From positions 2,929-66,928 of the forward strand of contig JAPKFC010000002.1 in NCBI GenBank assembly GCA_028821785.1: a stretch of 64,000 nt of DNA, written 5' to 3'. A program made the translations under genes and the position numbers. Source of the stretch: Candidatus Poseidoniaceae archaeon. Lineage in GTDB: Archaea; Thermoplasmatota; Poseidoniia; Poseidoniales; Poseidoniaceae. Shown in pieces: positions 58,357 to 64,000 of this stretch; the first letter of the stretch is position 1, and each line of letters opens with the position of its first letter. Below the pieces are notes generated by a model that did not search any database, was not told the DNA's origin, and worked only from the letters and a program-made list of their open reading frames with translations.

Positions 58357-58471
58357 ACTGTGCTGTCATGACTTACAACCTTAATTTGAACCCATAAAAG
58401 GGTAAATTTATGCCATATCTTCAATAACTTTTACGCGGCGATTTGAAAAGAGATAAGCCACAGGGCAAAAC

Positions 58472-59536
58472 ATGACCGGCAAGACAGCGATGATTACTGG
58501 TGTAACTGGGCAAGATGGTTCTTACCTAGCAGAGTTGCTATTGGAAAAGGGATACAATGTCTATGGATTCGTCCGCAGAGTTTCCCAACCAACTGTAGGA
58601 CGCAACCTCATCAACCATCTGATGAGCAATGAAAAATTTCACTTAATCAATGGAGATTTGACTGATCAAAGTTCTATTGACAATGCGGTAACCGCTTGTC
58701 AACCGGACGAGTTCTACAATCTTGGTGCTATGTCATTCGTTCCTGAATCATGGCGCTCACCGATGATGACCGCTGATATTACCGGTCTTGGCGCTCTACG
58801 ATGTTTGGAAGCGATTCGTAAGAACGCACCAGATTGCCGATATTACCAAGCTGGTTCAAGTGAACAATTCGGTAAAGTGCATGAAGTTCCTCAAACTGAA
58901 GAAACCCCATTCCACCCACGTTCACCATATGGTTGTGCTAAGGTATTTGCCTTTGAAATCACTCGAAACTACCGTGAATCATACGATATGTTTGCTTGTA
59001 CTGGAATTCTCTTCAACCACGAAAGCCCACGCCGTGGACTAGAATTCGTAACCCGTAAGGTGACAATGACCGCAGCCCGTATCGCCCATGGATTTGATGA
59101 AAATCTATGGATTGGTAATGTTGAAGCAAAGCGCGATTGGGGATTTGCTGGAGATTATGTCGAGATGCAATGGAGAATGTTACAACAAGATGTGCCATTT
59201 GATTACGTTGTTGCAACCGGAAGAACTCACAGTGTCAAGGATATGATCAACCTTGCATTCTCTCACGTTGGAATGATTTTGACTTGGTCAGGAGAAGGCG
59301 TTGATGTCATCGCTACAGACCAAAACAATGTAGTTCGTGTTAGAACTAATCCGAAGTTCTTCCGCCCTGCTGAAGTTGATTTACTGATTGGTGACCCTGA
59401 ACTATCGCGCAAGGAATTGGGTTGGGTTCCTAAGACCTCATTTGAGGAATTGGTCGCTATGATGGTCGATTCTGATATGACAATTGTAGAAGAAGCGGTC
59501 AAGGGTGGTTATGCACCACCGATCCCACCAGAGTGA
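58472..59536 (+). CDS. gmd: GDP-mannose 4,6-dehydratase
   Basis: [23 protein letters not shown]-type N-terminus ([26 protein letters not shown]), then YxxxK SDR (PYGCAKVFA) and [10 protein letters not shown]. Confidence 0.9.
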   Translation: [354 protein letters not shown]

Positions 59537-59556
59537 GATTATCGGAGTGAGTTATA

Positions 59557-60168
59557 GTGGCAACAGAGCAGTTGCCAATTTTGTATTCTTTTAGGCGTTG
59601 TCCTTATGCGATGAGAGCCCGTATGGCAATTGTTAGACAAGGCTTCAAAGTTGAGCATAGAGAAGTAATTCTTCGCGACAGACCTGAACATATGATGCAA
59701 ATTTCCCCAAAAGGTACAGTGCCTATTTTGTTATTGCCGGATGGAACAATCATTGAGGAAAGTCTTGAGATTATGCAACATGTTCGCGATTGGCAATTAA
59801 GTGAAGAAGAATCAATTTGGATTGAAAGAAATGATTTTGAATTCAAGCACCACTTGGACCGTTACAAATATCCTAATCGCTATGATGATATTGATGTCAT
59901 AGAGCAAAGAAATGCAGCAGTAACCTATCTTGACGATTTAGATGCAAATCTTCAGGAACTTGAACAAAATGCAAATTTAAACGATTCATTATTCCCATTT
60001 GTACGTCAATTTGCTAACCATGATAGAGAATGGTTTGATATTCAACCTTGGACAAATATTCATAGTTGGTTAGCTAAGAACCTTGCTAGCGAAGAGTTCA
60101 AAATTTGTATGAACAAAAACAAGCAATGGTTTGAGGGAGATTCCCCAATTGAATTCCCTGCGCAATAA
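59557..60168 (+). CDS. glutathione S-transferase-like / thioredoxin-fold protein
   Basis: LYSFRRCPYAMRARMAI...KGTVPIL is a GST N-terminal (Grx-like) signature. Confidence 0.5.
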   Translation: MATEQLPILYSFRRCPYAMRARMAIVRQGFKVEHREVILRDRPEHMMQISPKGTVPILLLPDGTIIEESLEIMQHVRDWQLSEEESIWIERNDFEFKHHLDRYKYPNRYDDIDVIEQRNAAVTYLDDLDANLQELEQNANLNDSLFPFVRQFANHDREWFDIQPWTNIHSWLAKNLASEEFKICMNKNKQWFEGDSPIEFPAQ

Positions 60169-61212
60169 TCAGTTGATAACCGTCAAATGCTTGACAGATG
60201 GTGCAATCCCCAAATCATCCGGGAAGAACTTGGTCGCTACAGGAATTTGCATTGGTGACATTTCAGTGCCAACCAAAGCAACTCGACTAGGTTTTGAATC
60301 GGAGAGAACCTTTCTTCCTGTCAATGGGGCGATTTTATTGCTGAAATTCATGATGTCTTCATGGCTTGGCATATTCTCAGCGGCCAAGTTCTCTCTACTA
60401 TGTCCAACGTAGACATAGCCCTTGTTTTCAATGAAATCTGGGTCGGCCCGCAAATCTAATTTTGCAAACTCTTCAATATTTTTATCAGACATGTTGATTC
60501 CTTTCATCAATGTATGACGGCAAACGATTCTAGTATCTAATGACGGCAATAGGTCGATGGTTTCCTCGAATTTATCCCATGCATTTGTATTCCATTTTGG
60601 CTTACATACAGCATCAAAAATTTCCTTATTTGGAGCATCTACTGAAACATATAGCTGAGTCGGTAAAACGTCGAGATTTTCGATCACTTTAGGTAGGGTT
60701 CCATTGGTCACCAACATCGTTGTCATTCCGTGCTCGTGACATAATTCCATATATTCACTTAGACGCGTGTATAGAGTAGGTTCTCCATTTAGAGAGATAG
60801 CAACGTGCTTTGGATTTTGAGCAGATAACCATCTTTCCTTTGGAACCTTATCATTCCCCTTGAATCCAGACAATAATCGTCGTTGTGCACGTACTGATTC
60901 ATACAGCATGTCAAGTGGGTCCTGGTCAGATAGTTCTAGCGAATCCATATGAGGTTCTCTCCAGCAGTAAGTGCAAGCGAGATTACATTGGTCTACCACC
61001 GGTGACATTTGCATGCAACTGTGGCTTGCTACACCGTAAAATTTGCCTTTGTAGCATTGACGGTCTCTAAGTAGTGACTCTTTGGTCCAGTGGCATATTT
61101 TGACACCACCATGCTCTCCAACAATGTGGTAACGTTGTTTCTGTAACTTTGCTTTGAGTGCTAAATCCATCGGTTTCACTTCCTCAGCCGAATTTCCACT
61201 GTCGAGAAGCAA
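60169..61212 (-). CDS. taw1: tRNA 4-demethylwyosine synthase (radical SAM, Taw1/TYW1)
   Basis: CNLACTYCWR radical-SAM cluster motif, and KQRYHIVGEHGGVKICHW, CYKGKFYG, KHVAISLNGEPTLY, PTQLYVSVDA and SRVALVG, which resemble archaeal Taw1. Confidence 0.75.
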   Translation of the reverse strand: MLLDSGNSAEEVKPMDLALKAKLQKQRYHIVGEHGGVKICHWTKESLLRDRQCYKGKFYGVASHSCMQMSPVVDQCNLACTYCWREPHMDSLELSDQDPLDMLYESVRAQRRLLSGFKGNDKVPKERWLSAQNPKHVAISLNGEPTLYTRLSEYMELCHEHGMTTMLVTNGTLPKVIENLDVLPTQLYVSVDAPNKEIFDAVCKPKWNTNAWDKFEETIDLLPSLDTRIVCRHTLMKGINMSDKNIEEFAKLDLRADPDFIENKGYVYVGHSRENLAAENMPSHEDIMNFSNKIAPLTGRKVLSDSKPSRVALVGTEMSPMQIPVATKFFPDDLGIAPSVKHLTVIN

Positions 61213-61296
61213 ATGCGACTCTGTTAGGAACTGGCTCGGATAACCGATGCTAATACTAACCCCGTTTCAACTTCGCGATTAGTGCAAATGTCACAA

Positions 61297-63387
61297 TCAC
61301 TTATTTATCATCGGTAAAAACGCATTTGCAGCCTTTTCAGCGGCATTTGCAACATCGTCTAAGCGCTGTAGGATTCTGTACATATGCATAGCCGCTAATG
61401 GCTTATCATCACCTTCAGAGAATACATAGGCAGCAGCAATACTCTCGCGTTCATCAGCACCATGTTCAAGAAGATTAACCTGCATAATTAAATCATTGAG
61501 AACAACCTTTTGCTTCGGAGCAAACCCAGATTGAGTCAAGAAATTTAGTTGGTCCACAGTTTCAGAATACTTCTGAACTGTCAAGTGGACTGCTTCTGCC
61601 ATCGCCTTCAAATTCTCTCTTGCTTTGTCATCGACCATCAATTCTCTAAATGAAATCTGTTCAGCAACATTTTGAGCATAATCAGCAATTCTATCTTGGC
61701 GTGAAAGCATATGCAAGAATGTATCTCGTCCGATTGCAACCCTTACCCCTGTGCCTACGCGATTACGCAGATCTGTTTTGATATTATCAGCGTCTAATTC
61801 GGCAGCAATTGTTGCAGTAATGTGCTTGCTAGCATCCTTTCCTTGAGATGCAACAGTAACGGCGGTTAGCATATGCTCAACAGTCTTCTCAACAGCCTTT
61901 GCATGCTCATAGAACATATCAAACGGTGTTGAATCAAGGGTTTCATAAGGTGTTCCGGTTAAGACATCCTTACTCTCCTGTTCTTTGTCAGGACGCATTA
62001 CAATGGCTAGAGTTATTGCGATTGCAGACAATGTCACTATTGCAACATTGATTGGGCTACCAGCGAATAGGATTACGAAAAGAACAGCACCAGCAGCAGA
62101 GATTGGTAGACTTGCTACCCAACTAGCAGCAATCTTTCCAAATACTCTGAAATCGACAGCACCTGCACCACCTGCAAGTCCAACTCCAACCACAGCACCG
62201 ACTAAAGTGTGGGTTGTTGAAATCGGAACAGCCAGGAATGGCATTGAGAAAATTAGCACTGTTGTTGCAGCACCAAATTCAGCAGCAAAACCCCTTGAAG
62301 GAGTAATATGAGTAATTTTCTTGCCGATAGTATCCATTACTTTGTAGCCCCATGTTGCCACACCGACTGTGATTCCAATACCACCTATTAGCAAAAGGAA
62401 TAGAGGTACTCCAACGTCTCCATCGGACAATATGCCTGTTGAAGAAGTTGCAATATCATAAATCGCTGCCATCGGTCCAATTGCATTCGCAACATCATTT
62501 GCACCGTGTGCGAATGCAACATAACATGCAGTGATTATCTGTAGCCAAATGAAGACGCGTTCAACCCCCTCCATTCCTTCTTCTTTGAATTGATAACGCC
62601 TTAGTACACCCCAGAGGATGAAACTTGCTAACATTCCGATCGCCAGAGCAACTGCTAGACTGTTAATTGGAATCCATGCTCCATCTGCGAATGGATTGAA
62701 AGTGGTACCTTCCTTTGCTGGTAACCAAGTCTCTTTGTTAATGTAGCCAGCATTGTCAAGGTTTGAATAAAATCCTTTCAGTGCTTTGAATTGGAATGCG
62801 AGGCCCAAAACAAAAAATGTAGGTAAAGCAAGAATTGGTGCTAACTTTTTGGTTTGTGAAAATGGGTCTTCACTATTGAAGATTAGTCGCTTGATTACAA
62901 AGAATGAAACGAAAGCAAGAATTCCTCCCAATAATGGTGAAGCAACCCAACTCAATACAATTTCTATTACCTTATCCCAGTTTACAGAAGAAGGTTGGAT
63001 GTATAATCCCATTCCGATTACGCCACCTACAATACTGTGTGTGGTTGAAACAGGCATACCAAATCTTGTTGCGATTGTTAGCCAAATAGCAGCAGCTAAT
63101 AACGCAGCCATAAATCCATACATCAATTTCTGGCTCAACTCCTCTGTAAAACCAGCGTCACCAAAATCAAGAACTCCCTTTCTGATCGTTTCAGTTACGT
63201 GACTTCCAAAGAAAACGGCACCAGTGAATTCGAATACTGCGGCAACGATAATCGCACGACGCAGAGTCAATGCGCCCGAACCAACCGAAGTTCCCATTGC
63301 ATTTGCGACATCGTTTGCACCGATGTTCCAGGCCATATACGCACAGACCACAAAAGCAGTTCCGAGTAGTATGGTGGTTGGTTCCAT
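61297..63387 (-). CDS. inorganic phosphate transporter (PiT family) fused to a C-terminal PhoU-like domain
   Basis: N-terminal WNIGANDVANAMGTSVGSGALT and a second GANDVANAIGP repeat. A C-terminal ~220-aa helical PhoU-like region. Confidence 0.8.
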   Translation of the reverse strand: MEPTTILLGTAFVVCAYMAWNIGANDVANAMGTSVGSGALTLRRAIIVAAVFEFTGAVFFGSHVTETIRKGVLDFGDAGFTEELSQKLMYGFMAALLAAAIWLTIATRFGMPVSTTHSIVGGVIGMGLYIQPSSVNWDKVIEIVLSWVASPLLGGILAFVSFFVIKRLIFNSEDPFSQTKKLAPILALPTFFVLGLAFQFKALKGFYSNLDNAGYINKETWLPAKEGTTFNPFADGAWIPINSLAVALAIGMLASFILWGVLRRYQFKEEGMEGVERVFIWLQIITACYVAFAHGANDVANAIGPMAAIYDIATSSTGILSDGDVGVPLFLLLIGGIGITVGVATWGYKVMDTIGKKITHITPSRGFAAEFGAATTVLIFSMPFLAVPISTTHTLVGAVVGVGLAGGAGAVDFRVFGKIAASWVASLPISAAGAVLFVILFAGSPINVAIVTLSAIAITLAIVMRPDKEQESKDVLTGTPYETLDSTPFDMFYEHAKAVEKTVEHMLTAVTVASQGKDASKHITATIAAELDADNIKTDLRNRVGTGVRVAIGRDTFLHMLSRQDRIADYAQNVAEQISFRELMVDDKARENLKAMAEAVHLTVQKYSETVDQLNFLTQSGFAPKQKVVLNDLIMQVNLLEHGADERESIAAAYVFSEGDDKPLAAMHMYRILQRLDDVANAAEKAANAFLPMINK

Positions 63388-63463
63388 GTGTCACTCTAGT
63401 TGCTATCGGTATATATTGAACAGTATAGGTAATCTATATAGGTCAATATATATTGGTAAGTTT

Positions 63464-64000
63464 ATGGCTGAAGGTGCAGGTGGTTATGAGGTTCGCAAAG
63501 TACAACTCACGGGCGGGGCAACTTATACCATCAGCCTTCCAAAAGCATGGGTTGTTGAGAACGCTGTCAATGCCAAAGATTCCCTTAGAATAGATTGGAG
63601 GCCGAGTGGTGCTTTGAGAATCACTCCCCTCGACATGGCTGAAAACAAGTATCAGAGAGTGGTATTGAGTTGTAAAGAAATCCACATTGGAAGTTTACAC
63701 GATCATTTAATGGGCGCATATATCTCGGGGGCTGATGAAATAATCATTACCGCCTTTCAAAATAATGACAAAAAGCACCAGGCCGAAATACGACGCTTTT
63801 TGAAAAACACACGAGGCTTTGAGATAATAGACGAAGAAGACGGTACAATGCGAATGGTTTGTTTAATGAATAGTGGAGAAATGCCATTGTATGCAAGTTT
63901 GAATAGAATGTATTCACAACTGGTTTCATTGATGAGAGATATCCTGGCGGTTTTCGATGGAGAGGATCTCGAACTGATTGAAGATGTAGCAGAACGTGAA
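63464..64000 (+). CDS. PhoU-family phosphate regulator with an N-terminal AbrB/SpoVT-like swapped-hairpin domain (3' partial; runs off the window)
   Basis: Open frame from ATG 63464 to the window end with no stop. It is absent from the ORF track because it is incomplete. YTISLPKAWVVENAV is an AbrB-like motif, followed by a helical PhoU-like region. Confidence 0.6.
   Translation, partial: MAEGAGGYEVRKVQLTGGATYTISLPKAWVVENAVNAKDSLRIDWRPSGALRITPLDMAENKYQRVVLSCKEIHIGSLHDHLMGAYISGADEIIITAFQNNDKKHQAEIRRFLKNTRGFEIIDEEDGTMRMVCLMNSGEMPLYASLNRMYSQLVSLMRDILAVFDGEDLELIEDVAERE

Noticed and set aside
63443-63685. 80-aa minus-strand ORF
   Set aside because: It is overlapped by the much better-supported plus-strand AbrB-PhoU ORF that starts at 63464 and runs to the window end.
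1-64000. CRISPR arrays, rRNA genes, transposases or integrases
   Set aside because: No regularly spaced direct repeats, no rRNA-like conserved sequence and no transposase or integrase-like ORFs were seen. The Cas4-like gene is solo.

Overview
This window reads as an archaeal chromosome segment, about 44% GC, with an acidic proteome. The archaeal assignment rests on ribosomal proteins L15e and S2, aIF-1A, Rio1, a Dim2-like KH protein, Taw1 and an intron-containing tRNA-Tyr. The giant surface proteins and composition fit a Marine Group II (Poseidoniales)-like euryarchaeon, but that is inference.

Main content:
- An NYN-nuclease/LOTUS protein, a MacB-type ABC exporter module and an intron-containing tRNA-Tyr(GUA) with a nearby duplicated tRNA 3' end.
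- Ribosomal protein L15e, a PRC-barrel protein and RNase Z.
- An island of four very large secreted proteins, one of them a subtilisin-like S8 protease. Three proteins in the window share an unusual ectodomain-TM-cytoplasmic zinc-ribbon architecture.
- An 11-gene complex-I-like operon (nuoABCDHIJ1J2KLMN) with no nuoEFG and several unusual insertions.
- The conserved aIF1A-Rio1-KH (Dim2) neighbourhood.
- A solo Cas4/RecB-like PD-(D/E)xK nuclease with a four-helix membrane insert.
- rpS2, Dus and three tandem wHTH regulators.
- A glycosylation cluster (two GT4 glycosyltransferases and GDP-mannose dehydratase) that contains a translationally coupled minimal E1-like / JAB(MPN+) / small-protein triad.
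- Taw1, a PiT-PhoU fusion transporter and a divergent AbrB-PhoU regulator.

The candidates I would rank first for an undescribed system are the E1/JAB triad and the membrane-embedded Cas4-like nuclease. No CRISPR array or rRNA was seen. All functional calls come from motif recognition by eye and have no database confirmation.
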